A program made the translations under genes and the position numbers. Of a stretch of 64,000 bases of DNA, positions 38,949-47,995 are shown piece after piece. Where the stretch lies: the NCBI GenBank assembly GCA_964410185.1, contig CAYPFM010000003.1:85534-149533 (forward strand). The letters run 5' to 3'. This DNA is from an uncultured Candidatus Saccharibacteria bacterium (GTDB taxonomy: Bacteria; Patescibacteriota; Saccharimonadia; Saccharimonadales; JAUPVS01). Under the pieces are notes generated by a model. The model was not told where the DNA came from. It worked only from the letters and a program-made list of their open reading frames with translations, and made no database searches. Each line of letters opens with the position of its first letter. Position 1 is the stretch's first letter.

Positions 38949-39218
38949 ATTTGTAGTATAGGACTATTACGATAAATAGCTAGTCTTCGCCACCCAGATT
39001 CTCGGTGTGCCGCTGCAGCAACAGCACCTCGCCCTCGCCATTAAACACAAAGGCGGTCGATAGCCTTGGCAATCTCGATCGCCTTATTATCACCCCAGGC
39101 TTGCAGTCGCTGCTTCATGGGGTTGAGTATAGCATGTGCTCTTTTTTTTCTCTCTCGTTGGAGGATATACTTCACAGCTCTTTTGAACACACAGCAAAAG
39201 AGCCGTTAGAAGAAAAAC

Positions 39219-41519
39219 TTAGTTTGTGCTTTCGTCAATAATTCTAAAGTGTTCTGGGGAGATTGTTTTTATCATATCAAGCATTTCAGCCACAGCACGC
39301 TTAGTACCTGTTACCAATGCAGGATCAAAGCCAGAACCGGTTATGTGAGACTGGTCATTTATGAACTTATATATTGCGTCTAATTTATCTTTATCGTAGC
39401 CACTTGCTTTTAGGGCGATGATTTTCTTATAAGCATTCTCTCCGCTCGGGACGCTAAACATTGTGAAGGTGTCCCAGACTTTTCTGGCGATGTTGGGTAT
39501 AGGATATGCCTTTGCGATCGTATCATCCTGGGAATCGCGAAGCTGCTTTAAAGTTTTGAAAAGATAGTGGTACTCGCTTTCATGTTCTCGCAACTCCTTG
39601 TCCATAAGCTCTAAGTGGGCATTCCGATCATCTCCATCAAAAGTATTCTTGATCATGAAAAAGCCACAATCACTACCGTGGTTGTTATTTTGCTGCCAAT
39701 TGAGTAGTAGTTTCAAAAAATCAAAATTGTGCGTGAGTATGAAGCATTGACCAGCGTCAGCTACAGCATTCTTCAAGAAGCTAAATGCTTGGTATAGAGA
39801 ATTTGAGTCGAGACTGGAAATCGGATCATCAATAACAACGATGCCATCTTGAACATCAAAATCATCACCACCTAGATGAACTACAAAATATACAAATGCT
39901 ATCGCAGTTTTTTCGCCCTCACTAAGATTTGTCGCTAAGTCTTTCCCGCGAAGTATGTCGTAGCCCCTACTAACTTTGACTTTTTGCCCATATTCATCCT
40001 CTTCAATTTCTATATGCGGCTGGAACTGAAGCTCTTTGTGCCCTAAGAACATTATGAGTTTTTCATTGATATGATCGCATGCTTTATGGTCAGAAGATAT
40101 TTGTGCACGTGCTTGTGTAATCATCTCGTTAAGGGCGGTAATCTCGATATCCAGCTGATCGGCTTCCTGGATAGCCACATCTTTACTTTGCTTAAGAGCC
40201 TTAACCTCATCAAATATACCGCTTAGGAAGTGTTGCTTGAGTTTTGTGGTTGCTGATTCTTTAACTGCATCAAAATCAGCGGTTGTATCGTTGTGGACCT
40301 TTATAACCTTATTAGCTCTTTCAATCACTAAAGTAAGCTCGTCAAGCCTAAGACCGGGTTCAAGATTAATCCTCTCTGTTGTTTTAGCTTTTTTATTGCG
40401 AACGTCTGTTTCAAGTTGTTTAATGTCAGCCAATAGGTTTGTTTTTGCAGCAGCAAAGCCCTTGGTGTCTTTAGAAAATCCGTTTTGTAAATTACCATAG
40501 AGCCTGGTCTTATCAGGCAGCTCGATCTCATTAATAATTGTCCTCACACCAGCTAGTTTTCTCAACAGCTCGTCAAGACTGTCCTTAAGTTTTCTGTCTG
40601 CTTCATTGAAGTGTTTTGCTAAATCGGAAATCCTGGACAGCGGGATTGGCTGCCGACAGTATTCGCATTTGGCAGAATGGTGTGCGGCATGAATGGCGAT
40701 ACCCGTTTCAACCCAAGTAGATATGTCAGAATTATCACTTAACCTCTTGATGGTATTTGCCTCAACAGTCTGCGCTAATAAACGTACAGCCTCATCTGAC
40801 AACTCTTGAAGGAGTGTTGTGGGGTCTTTTTCCTCTCCTGCTACAACTAATTTTCGGAGCGCAAGTTTTTTAACAACCGGTTGCGACTCTTGCTTTACAG
40901 CAACAAGGTACTTATCGAGATCGTCCTGACTAAGCTCGGCTTTGCCTTTGAGTTCTTTAAAATCTGCATCTGCTTGCTGACGTCGATAGGTTCGGAGCGC
41001 GTTACCACCCATAGCCGTGCCGATAGTCTTAGCAATGTCAGTGAACTTAGTTTCATATAATGTTTTATCCTGTTTTGCCTTTGCCCGCTTAGACTTTAAA
41101 AGGGAGACTTTGCCGGGCACATCAGGCGTTTCTGGATCGCCTTGTAGCTCTTTTTGATATTTCTCAATCTGTTCAATCAATTCCTTATTTTCTTCTCCGA
41201 GCAGAATGGAGATTGAGTTTGCTCTACTATCAAGAATCTTCACATTCTTTTCAATATAATCTTGATTAAAAATGCGGATTTTTTCAGGGTAGGCGTCAGC
41301 TTGCGTATACTTATTGCCAGCTTCGTCTTCGACTTCATATTCAAGTCCTGGCAACGGATTGCCGCCAATACCATCATATAATCGTGTTAACGTTGTTTTA
41401 CCACAACCGTTCCAGCCATATATGAGGTTTGCTTTCTTGAAGTAAGAAAGCCGTGCAGGTCGATTGTAATCCTTGAATACAAGCCCCAAATTCCTAATTT
41501 TGTTCACTTTCTTGATCAT
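39219..41519 (-). CDS. RloC-like ABC/Rad50-type ATPase with CxxC zinc hook and C-terminal putative anticodon-nuclease domain (defence / abortive-infection candidate)
   Basis: Walker A GWNGCGKTTL sits near the N-terminus. A roughly 450-aa coiled-coil insertion contains CEYC. The ABC signature LSEGEK, Walker B VVIDDPISSLD and H-loop LTHN follow, then an extra C-terminal domain of about 150 aa. The gene is markedly AT-rich compared with its neighbours. The start is the ATG at MIKKVNK (the track ORF begins at an upstream TTG). Confidence 0.55.
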   Translation of the reverse strand: MIKKVNKIRNLGLVFKDYNRPARLSYFKKANLIYGWNGCGKTTLTRLYDGIGGNPLPGLEYEVEDEAGNKYTQADAYPEKIRIFNQDYIEKNVKILDSRANSISILLGEENKELIEQIEKYQKELQGDPETPDVPGKVSLLKSKRAKAKQDKTLYETKFTDIAKTIGTAMGGNALRTYRRQQADADFKELKGKAELSQDDLDKYLVAVKQESQPVVKKLALRKLVVAGEEKDPTTLLQELSDEAVRLLAQTVEANTIKRLSDNSDISTWVETGIAIHAAHHSAKCEYCRQPIPLSRISDLAKHFNEADRKLKDSLDELLRKLAGVRTIINEIELPDKTRLYGNLQNGFSKDTKGFAAAKTNLLADIKQLETDVRNKKAKTTERINLEPGLRLDELTLVIERANKVIKVHNDTTADFDAVKESATTKLKQHFLSGIFDEVKALKQSKDVAIQEADQLDIEITALNEMITQARAQISSDHKACDHINEKLIMFLGHKELQFQPHIEIEEDEYGQKVKVSRGYDILRGKDLATNLSEGEKTAIAFVYFVVHLGGDDFDVQDGIVVIDDPISSLDSNSLYQAFSFLKNAVADAGQCFILTHNFDFLKLLLNWQQNNNHGSDCGFFMIKNTFDGDDRNAHLELMDKELREHESEYHYLFKTLKQLRDSQDDTIAKAYPIPNIARKVWDTFTMFSVPSGENAYKKIIALKASGYDKDKLDAIYKFINDQSHITGSGFDPALVTGTKRAVAEMLDMIKTISPEHFRIIDESTN

Positions 41520-41667
41520 TCTCAACTCAACTTGCAAACTTACATATTAGATGTTGCTTCTAGTATACTCTGGTGACCCTTGAAAGTCAGGCTACACCAG
41601 CAGGAGTTGTACCAGCCAAAATATGCTCTACTGTTGTTCGAGATACTACCAGATCTAATCTTGGAGC

Positions 41668-44196
41668 CTAAAGCCGCTCGGCTTTAAGTGTCTTCTTCGC
41701 CGCCTCAGCCACCGCATCCAAAACCCCAGAAACTTCGCTTGTCTTCAACGTCCGCTCAAAATGCCACAAAGTCACTCGCAACGAAACGTGTTTCGCACCC
41801 GTATCAGAACGGTAAATATCCAGCGGTTCTAGCGACCATTCATAGCCATGTTCTGCACTGGCCGTAACAAGGACTTGTTCCGTCAAAGCCGCGACGGCGG
41901 CGTAACTCGTATCAGAAGGGACTTTAAAGCTGATGTCCTGGGAGGTTCGGGGGTATTTGGCCAGTGGCAGGTAGCCGGCGGCCGAGTTGGCAGCGGCTTG
42001 CATTAGTTCCCCAAGACCTAGTGCGAAGCCAGATGTAAATGCTGGCAATTTTAGCGCTGCGCGGACTTCGGCCCGGAATTCGCCAATTGCGCCCAGCACC
42101 ACATCCGTACCAGCGACCGAGACCATCGCGCTGCGGCTTTGGTCATAGGGTTTCATGGAGGCGTAATCAACCGGTTCCGTAATTGCGGTGTAGGTGAGCG
42201 ACAAGCCCAGTTGTTCGCCAAGGTAGTCTAAGTATTTGCGGGCTTGGTAGTAGGGCGCGCCGGCGTATTGCTTGGCCGCTTTGTCGTTGGCCGCAAACAC
42301 CAGCGCCAGCATGTCGTATTCGGCCGGCAGGCCATCCGCATCTTTGGGGTAAACTTTGCTGTGCACTTTGTTCAGCTCAAATAAGGCAAATTGGTCGTAA
42401 CCCGCCTTAATGTTGCCGTGCACTTTTTCTAACAACGATGGCATTAGCGACATGCGGTAATACTGCAGGTCCGGGCTCAGCGCATTGCTAATTTCAAAGG
42501 CCTGCGCGGCGTCCTGGCCAACCTGCTCAAACAACCGGCCATGCACAAAACTGTAACCGAGCACTTCGTTGGCGCCGGCTTTACTCAAAACATCCCGTAG
42601 CTGTTTTTTAAAATCAAATTGCGGATTGGTTTGGGCTGGTGTCAGATCGCGCACCGGCAGCTTAAGCGGCAAATGGTCGTAGCCGTACAGCCGGCCAACT
42701 TCTTCGACAATATCTTCTGGAATCGCAATATCCGTCCGCCAGAATGGTGCCGTCACTTCCAGCTGGTCCAGGTGATGCTTCACCTCAAACTCAACATTTT
42801 CCAGCCGGCGGACAATTTCTACCGGCTTGAGCGTCACGCCCAGGCGATCGTTAATAAATGTGGCCGAGACTTTAACGGTTGGGTTCTTGGGTAGTGTGGC
42901 TTTGGCATCAACCGGCTTGCCGACGACCTGCGCCGTTGGTACCAGTTCTTTAGTCATTTCGGCGGCCTTGGCCAAGACGGCTTCGGTCTGCCATGGGCTT
43001 TGACCTTTGTTAAAGCGGGTCACCGCATCGGTAAACAAACCATGCGTCATGCTGGTCTTGCGAATGTTGTACATGTCAAAGTTGGCCGATTCAATAATGA
43101 TGCGAGTAGTGTTGGCGTCAATCTCGGAGTTGTTGCCGCCCATGACGCCACCAAGAGCAATGGGTTTGTCTTGGTCACAAATCAGGATGGCTTCGGCACG
43201 AGGTTCGATGGTTTTGCCATCCAGCAGGCCGAGCTTTTCACCCTTCTTGGGGTGGCGCACCACGATGTTAACGTGTCCGTCCTTGGCGACCTTGTCAAAA
43301 TCAAAGGCGTGCAGCGGCTGGCCGGTGGTCAGCATTAGGTAGTTGGTCATATCGACGATGTTGTTGATGCTCTTGGCACCCAAGCGTGTCAGGAAGGTTT
43401 GTAGCCAAACCGGGCTTGGCCCAACTTTGATGCCGGTCATCACAACGGCTTGGTAGCGCGGCACCAGCCTGGGGATATCAACTTTGACGACCAAGCTTTT
43501 AACCGCTTCGTCATCGCCACTGGTCAACTTGGGCGGATTGATATACCAATCGGGCGAGGTGAACTTTTTGTCCTGGATACCCGCCAACTCGCGAGCCACG
43601 CCCAACATGCCAAAGCAATCTGGCCGGTGCGTAAACATCTTGTTCTCAACATCGATAATGGTGTCGTCCAAACCGTAAAGGTTCTTGAACGGCGTGCCGG
43701 GCTTAGTGTTTTCTTCCCCAACGTCCCCAGCCTCAATTTCCAAAATCCCATCGTGGTTGTCGCTAATCCCCAGCTCCGCCGGGCTGGCCAACATCCCATT
43801 GCTGGTTTCGCCGCGTAACTCGCGCGCTTCCAACGTGAACTTTTCTTTCTCCCAAGTGCTCGGCACAATGCTGCCGGGCGGCAACCAAGCCACCGTCAAT
43901 CCTGCGCGGCAATTGGGCGCACCGCAAACCACCTGCACCAGGCCTTGCTCGTCTCGCTTAACGTTTTTGGCTACGCCGCCATCGTCAATTTTGCAGACGT
44001 TCAATTTGTCGGCATTAGGGTGCTTGACGCAGCTGACGACCTTGGCCACCAAGATGTTGTCGTACCGCTCGCCAATGTTGATGACTTCTTCGATTTCGCC
44101 GAGTTGGGCGCCAATTTTTTTGGTCAGCTCATCAACCGGTATCGCGACTGCGTCTCGGTAGCCATACCAACGAATGTGATTTAGTGAAAATTTCAT
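41668..44196 (-). CDS. pheT: Phenylalanine-tRNA ligase beta subunit
   Basis: 842 aa with an N-terminal tRNA-binding domain (HPNADKL), B3/4, B5 and FDX-ACB domains. Confidence 0.9.
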   Translation of the reverse strand: MKFSLNHIRWYGYRDAVAIPVDELTKKIGAQLGEIEEVINIGERYDNILVAKVVSCVKHPNADKLNVCKIDDGGVAKNVKRDEQGLVQVVCGAPNCRAGLTVAWLPPGSIVPSTWEKEKFTLEARELRGETSNGMLASPAELGISDNHDGILEIEAGDVGEENTKPGTPFKNLYGLDDTIIDVENKMFTHRPDCFGMLGVARELAGIQDKKFTSPDWYINPPKLTSGDDEAVKSLVVKVDIPRLVPRYQAVVMTGIKVGPSPVWLQTFLTRLGAKSINNIVDMTNYLMLTTGQPLHAFDFDKVAKDGHVNIVVRHPKKGEKLGLLDGKTIEPRAEAILICDQDKPIALGGVMGGNNSEIDANTTRIIIESANFDMYNIRKTSMTHGLFTDAVTRFNKGQSPWQTEAVLAKAAEMTKELVPTAQVVGKPVDAKATLPKNPTVKVSATFINDRLGVTLKPVEIVRRLENVEFEVKHHLDQLEVTAPFWRTDIAIPEDIVEEVGRLYGYDHLPLKLPVRDLTPAQTNPQFDFKKQLRDVLSKAGANEVLGYSFVHGRLFEQVGQDAAQAFEISNALSPDLQYYRMSLMPSLLEKVHGNIKAGYDQFALFELNKVHSKVYPKDADGLPAEYDMLALVFAANDKAAKQYAGAPYYQARKYLDYLGEQLGLSLTYTAITEPVDYASMKPYDQSRSAMVSVAGTDVVLGAIGEFRAEVRAALKLPAFTSGFALGLGELMQAAANSAAGYLPLAKYPRTSQDISFKVPSDTSYAAVAALTEQVLVTASAEHGYEWSLEPLDIYRSDTGAKHVSLRVTLWHFERTLKTSEVSGVLDAVAEAAKKTLKAERL

Positions 44197-44537
44197 ATTT
44201 TTGTCCTTACAAATAGCATTTCGTGTTCGTGCTCCGATGGATTGTGAATTTTGTGCTGCGTGTCGGCGGGGAAAATAAATACATCGCCGGGCGCGTAGCC
44301 ATACTCACCATCGTCGTCGAACACCAAACCTTCGCCCTTTAATACTACCATCACCTCTTCAATCCCCGGATGGTCGTGCCAATCAAACGTCTGGCCGCCT
44401 GGCAAATAGCCGTGCGTTACCGCCTCTAGATTCTTCCCGCTCATATGGTCGGCCGAGGCATACACTTTATGCGCGCCGCTGCCACCGTGGGCTTCTTCTT
44501 TTACGATTTCGTTGCTCGGACGTTTGATTATTTTCAT
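44193..44537 (-). CDS. Cupin-domain protein
   Basis: 114 aa with the cupin motifs G(x)5HxH...PxG...H (DWHDHPGIEEVMVVLKGEG ... IFPADTQHKIHN). Confidence 0.65.
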   Translation of the reverse strand: MKIIKRPSNEIVKEEAHGGSGAHKVYASADHMSGKNLEAVTHGYLPGGQTFDWHDHPGIEEVMVVLKGEGLVFDDDGEYGYAPGDVFIFPADTQHKIHNPSEHEHEMLFVRTKI

Positions 44538-45280
44538 TATTTGCCCTTTATCGAATAGCCGCCGTCGACTAACAAATCCGATCCTGTCATATAACTTGCG
44601 TCGTCTGAAGCCACGAACATCACTGCCTTGGCAATCTCGGCTGGTTGCGCCATCCGCTCCATGATTGTACCCTTATTGATACGGTTAAAGGTCTCCTCGT
44701 TCCAGCCCTTCACTTGGTCGGTTTCCACATAGCCTGGACTGACGGTATTAAAGCGAATCTCGGGATAAGCCTTGGCGAGCGCCGCATTAAGCGAGCGAAC
44801 CCCGGCTTTGCTTGGTGCGTAGGTTAAGGTACTCATCGTCGCCAAGTTGGTGTGCCCCTTGATAGAACTGATACTGACGACACTTCCCTGCTTTTTCGCC
44901 TGCATTCCTGGCAGGACCGCTTCTACACAGTGCAACATGCCTAACACGTTCACTCGATATTCTTCGATAGCTTTTTCGTCATCAACATCGGCGACGTCAC
45001 TTGTGCCGGTGTGTGCAATACCAGCATTATTTACCAAAATGTCGATGGTGCCAACTTCTTTTAATAATTCCTCAATGGCCGTATGTGTGGCGGCCTTGTC
45101 GGCGACATCAAAGACGGTCAGCAACGAACCTTCCAACGCCTGATGCGTTGCCTTCAGCTCATCACTTTCGGTTCGCCCATGCACAATAACTTTGTAACCC
45201 TGTTTATGAGCAAGTTCGGCGGTAGCTTTGCCGATGCCACGGCTGGAGCCGGTGATTAGGATAGTCTTTGGGTTGCTCAT
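44537..45280 (-). CDS. SDR-family NAD(P)-dependent oxidoreductase
   Basis: TGSSRGIGKA cofactor motif, NNAG, and the S..Y...K catalytic triad region. Confidence 0.85.
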   Translation of the reverse strand: MSNPKTILITGSSRGIGKATAELAHKQGYKVIVHGRTESDELKATHQALEGSLLTVFDVADKAATHTAIEELLKEVGTIDILVNNAGIAHTGTSDVADVDDEKAIEEYRVNVLGMLHCVEAVLPGMQAKKQGSVVSISSIKGHTNLATMSTLTYAPSKAGVRSLNAALAKAYPEIRFNTVSPGYVETDQVKGWNEETFNRINKGTIMERMAQPAEIAKAVMFVASDDASYMTGSDLLVDGGYSIKGK

Positions 45281-45819
45281 ATTTCTACTCCTATCAATCG
45301 TTCAAGTAACGGAAATTCTCTAAATTTGGGGTCGCCGCTAGTGCTAAAGTGGCCCTCGTTTTGGATGACCAGCGTACCCCCCAAGTTGTCGAAGAGTTTG
45401 TTTCCTTGCTTGTCGTCACAGCCCCACGGATCATTCTTGGAATTAAGAAAAACAAAGTCTTGGGCGTGTGCTTTAATTCTTTCCCAGTCATAGCTGTCTT
45501 TAATAATTGGCTGATGAATTGGCAACTGTTCGCAGTAGCCAGCTACTAGCACTGCCTGCCTAATGGTTGGTTCAATCTGCTCCAAAAGACTAAGAACAAG
45601 TACCGAGCCAGAAGAGTGACCAATCAAGACGGTTTCTTCATCAAACGTATGGTTCTTTAACACCTCAGGCAAGAACTCTTCAATCGGCCCCTTGTTGATG
45701 TTTGGATAATGCGGAACTTCTACGCTATACCCGCGCGCTTCCAGTTTAGTCTGTAACCAGGCGTACCATGACTGACTCGGGTCAGAATCGGTGCCGTGAA
45801 AAATTATGGCGTTTTTCAT
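45277..45819 (-). CDS. Alpha/beta hydrolase, YdeN/RBBP9-like serine hydrolase (paralog of 36479..37036)
   Basis: IGHSSG, DPW and GHF motifs. Confidence 0.7.
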   Translation of the reverse strand: MKNAIIFHGTDSDPSQSWYAWLQTKLEARGYSVEVPHYPNINKGPIEEFLPEVLKNHTFDEETVLIGHSSGSVLVLSLLEQIEPTIRQAVLVAGYCEQLPIHQPIIKDSYDWERIKAHAQDFVFLNSKNDPWGCDDKQGNKLFDNLGGTLVIQNEGHFSTSGDPKFREFPLLERLIGVEI

Positions 45820-46430
45820 CCGATAAGCTCCCATAACTTTGGTTTTACAATCTCTGCAAGCAGGGCGTGGCCGGCGTCGTTGGGATGTAGCTTGTCGTAG
45901 CTAAAGACGTTTTCTTCGGCCGACTCAAAGGCTTCGCGGACATCGATGAACGGCAGACCGGCGGCTTCGACGATGGCCTTTTGGGCGGCTTCGTACTCCA
46001 CAATTCGCTCGTCGGAGTAAACAGCATCCTTAAATGGAACTTCTGGCTCGCCCATTGGCGTGGTGCCGACAAACAAAATTTTGTCACTGTGCTTTTTAGC
46101 GATATCGATAATGGCTTGGGTGTTTTGCTTGAATTGCTCCAGCGTGGTTTCGGGCACGTCATTACGAGTACGTTCGTCGTTGGCGTTAAAGTTAAACACA
46201 AAAACCAGCGGCCAATTAGCCGAATAGCGTGCCGCAGTTTCGGCCCCTAGGCGCTCTAAAATTTTCGTACTACTATTCCCGCCAATGCCAAGGTTAACTA
46301 TCTGTAGCTTGAACTTGCCCTCTGAAGCTACTGTTTGCTGGTGCGCCTCGCGCTTGAGCCGATCAACCCAGCCGCCCTGGCTATCCCAGGCACCGTAGGC
46401 AATGCTGTCGCCAAAGACGAGGATTCTCAT
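45816..46430 (-). CDS. SGNH/GDSL-family hydrolase
   Basis: N-terminal block I VFGDSIAYG, with a C-terminal D..H. Confidence 0.75.
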   Translation of the reverse strand: MRILVFGDSIAYGAWDSQGGWVDRLKREAHQQTVASEGKFKLQIVNLGIGGNSSTKILERLGAETAARYSANWPLVFVFNFNANDERTRNDVPETTLEQFKQNTQAIIDIAKKHSDKILFVGTTPMGEPEVPFKDAVYSDERIVEYEAAQKAIVEAAGLPFIDVREAFESAEENVFSYDKLHPNDAGHALLAEIVKPKLWELIG

Positions 46431-47461
46431 TTAAACTGCCTCAAAAATTCCAGTTTGCCGGATTCGCTGTGGCGGACGTCTTCGATGTTTTGCTTCATCA
46501 TCACCAGGCGGTCGATGCCAACGCCCCAGGCAAAGCCGGTGTATTTGGCGGGGTCGATGCCAGCCATCTTGAGGACATTGGGATGAATCATGCCGCAGCC
46601 CAACAGTTCAATCCAGCCAGCGTAGCTACAAACTTGGCAGCCCTTCTTTTGGCAGAATGGGCAGCTGATGGCGAACTCAAAGCTCGGTTCGGTAAACGGA
46701 AAGTAGAATGGCTGGGTTTTGACGTCGAGCTCTTGCTGGTAATACTCTTCTAGAAAGGTCTTGAGGGTGGCAATCAAGTTGCCGGCGTTAACGCCCTCGC
46801 CCACATAGACACCTTCCAGTTGGTAGAAGGTATGTTCGTGGCGCGCGTCGAGGTCTTCGTTACGAAAAACGCGACCGGGGATAACTGTGGCAATTGGGCG
46901 TCCGGCCTTCAGCTCCTTCTTGCCAGCTTTGAGCACCCGGTTTTGCATGGTGCTGGTGTGAGCCGGTGCAATCAGGCCATCTTTGGTCATAAAGGTGTCG
47001 TAGTCGTCGCGGGCTGGGTGGCCTTCGGGAAAGTTCAAGGTTTCGAACATGTGATAGTCGTCGTCCAGCTGGCGTGACTCGACCGCTGTAAAGCCCATCC
47101 GATAAAAGATGTCCAAGACCTTGTCGAGTTCGGTCATCAACGGGTGGCGCGAGCCTTGCTCGGCACTTAACAGACGTGGTTTGTTGGCGCCGACATTGAC
47201 GTCAAATGGTGCGGTCACATCGATGGGCTCCAGCTTTTCTTGGGCGATGCCAGCTTTTTTAACAGCCTCGGCTAGGTCGGCCTTGAGCTGGTTAATTTCT
47301 TTACCAAACGCGGCTTTTTGGTCGTTTGGTAACTGGGGTAGTTCGGCGTAGAGCGCTTTAAGCTCGGTGGCCCGTAAGATGCTGGCTTTGTCATCCAGCT
47401 TGGCGAGCCGCTTTTGTAGCAGCTCGGCCGTGTCGGCGATTTTCTTATTTTGGTAGCTCAT
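46427..47461 (-). CDS. pheS: Phenylalanine-tRNA ligase alpha subunit
   Basis: Class II aaRS motifs including FPFTEPSFE and GWIELLGCGM. TGGTATAAT-N8-ATG is upstream. Confidence 0.9.
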   Translation of the reverse strand: MSYQNKKIADTAELLQKRLAKLDDKASILRATELKALYAELPQLPNDQKAAFGKEINQLKADLAEAVKKAGIAQEKLEPIDVTAPFDVNVGANKPRLLSAEQGSRHPLMTELDKVLDIFYRMGFTAVESRQLDDDYHMFETLNFPEGHPARDDYDTFMTKDGLIAPAHTSTMQNRVLKAGKKELKAGRPIATVIPGRVFRNEDLDARHEHTFYQLEGVYVGEGVNAGNLIATLKTFLEEYYQQELDVKTQPFYFPFTEPSFEFAISCPFCQKKGCQVCSYAGWIELLGCGMIHPNVLKMAGIDPAKYTGFAWGVGIDRLVMMKQNIEDVRHSESGKLEFLRQFK

Positions 47462-47497
47462 TTGAGGCCATTATACCATCTGTGCTACTCTGTTGGT

Positions 47498-47995
47498 ATG
47501 GCACAATTCTCATTCGACATCGTTAGTGAATACGACAAGGCCGAGGTCAACAACGTCTTCGACCAAGCCCAGCGCGAAATCGGCAGTCGCTACGACTTTA
47601 AAGGCACGCCTGCCGAACTGGACTGGCTCAACAGCGACAAAACCGGCATAAAAGTAACCGGCAACAGCGACTACCAGATCGAGGCCATCTTAGACATTGT
47701 CCGCAAAAAGCTGGCCACCCGTGGACAGTCACAGCGCTTACTCGACACTTCCAAAACCCCGGTTGTGGCTAACCTCAAAACCACCCAAGAAGTACCTTTC
47801 AAACAAGGTTTAGATGCCGACAAAGCCAAAAAGATTACCAAATTGGTTCGCGACGAGCTCCCCAAAGTCAAAACTATGATTCAGGGCGAAACCGTCCGTG
47901 TTACATCTGGCAGCAAAGACGACCTACAGGCCGTTATGCAACTTGTCCAAGCCGCCGACTTTGATTTTCCCGTCAGCTTTACCAACTACCGCTAG
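47498..47995 (+). CDS. yajQ: YajQ-family nucleotide-binding protein (UPF0234)
   Basis: MAQFSFDIVSEYDKAEVNNVFDQAQREIGSRYDFKG is typical of YajQ. The length is about 165 aa. Confidence 0.8.
   Translation: MAQFSFDIVSEYDKAEVNNVFDQAQREIGSRYDFKGTPAELDWLNSDKTGIKVTGNSDYQIEAILDIVRKKLATRGQSQRLLDTSKTPVVANLKTTQEVPFKQGLDADKAKKITKLVRDELPKVKTMIQGETVRVTSGSKDDLQAVMQLVQAADFDFPVSFTNYR

Noticed and set aside
39005-39241. Plus-strand 78-aa ORF between the secreted-protein gene and the RloC-like gene
   Set aside because: It overlaps the RloC-like stop region and a hairpin, has no start context, and gives a Cys/Ser-rich nonsense translation. I treat the region as a decayed minus-strand gene scar instead.
41538-41667. 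Search for a direct repeat of the tRNA 3' end (att-like) near the RloC-like/pheT junction (CTACACCAGCAGG vs CTCCACCAGGCG)
   Set aside because: Only about 9 of 12 positions match, with no extended identity. This is insufficient to call an attL/attR pair, and no integrase gene is present.
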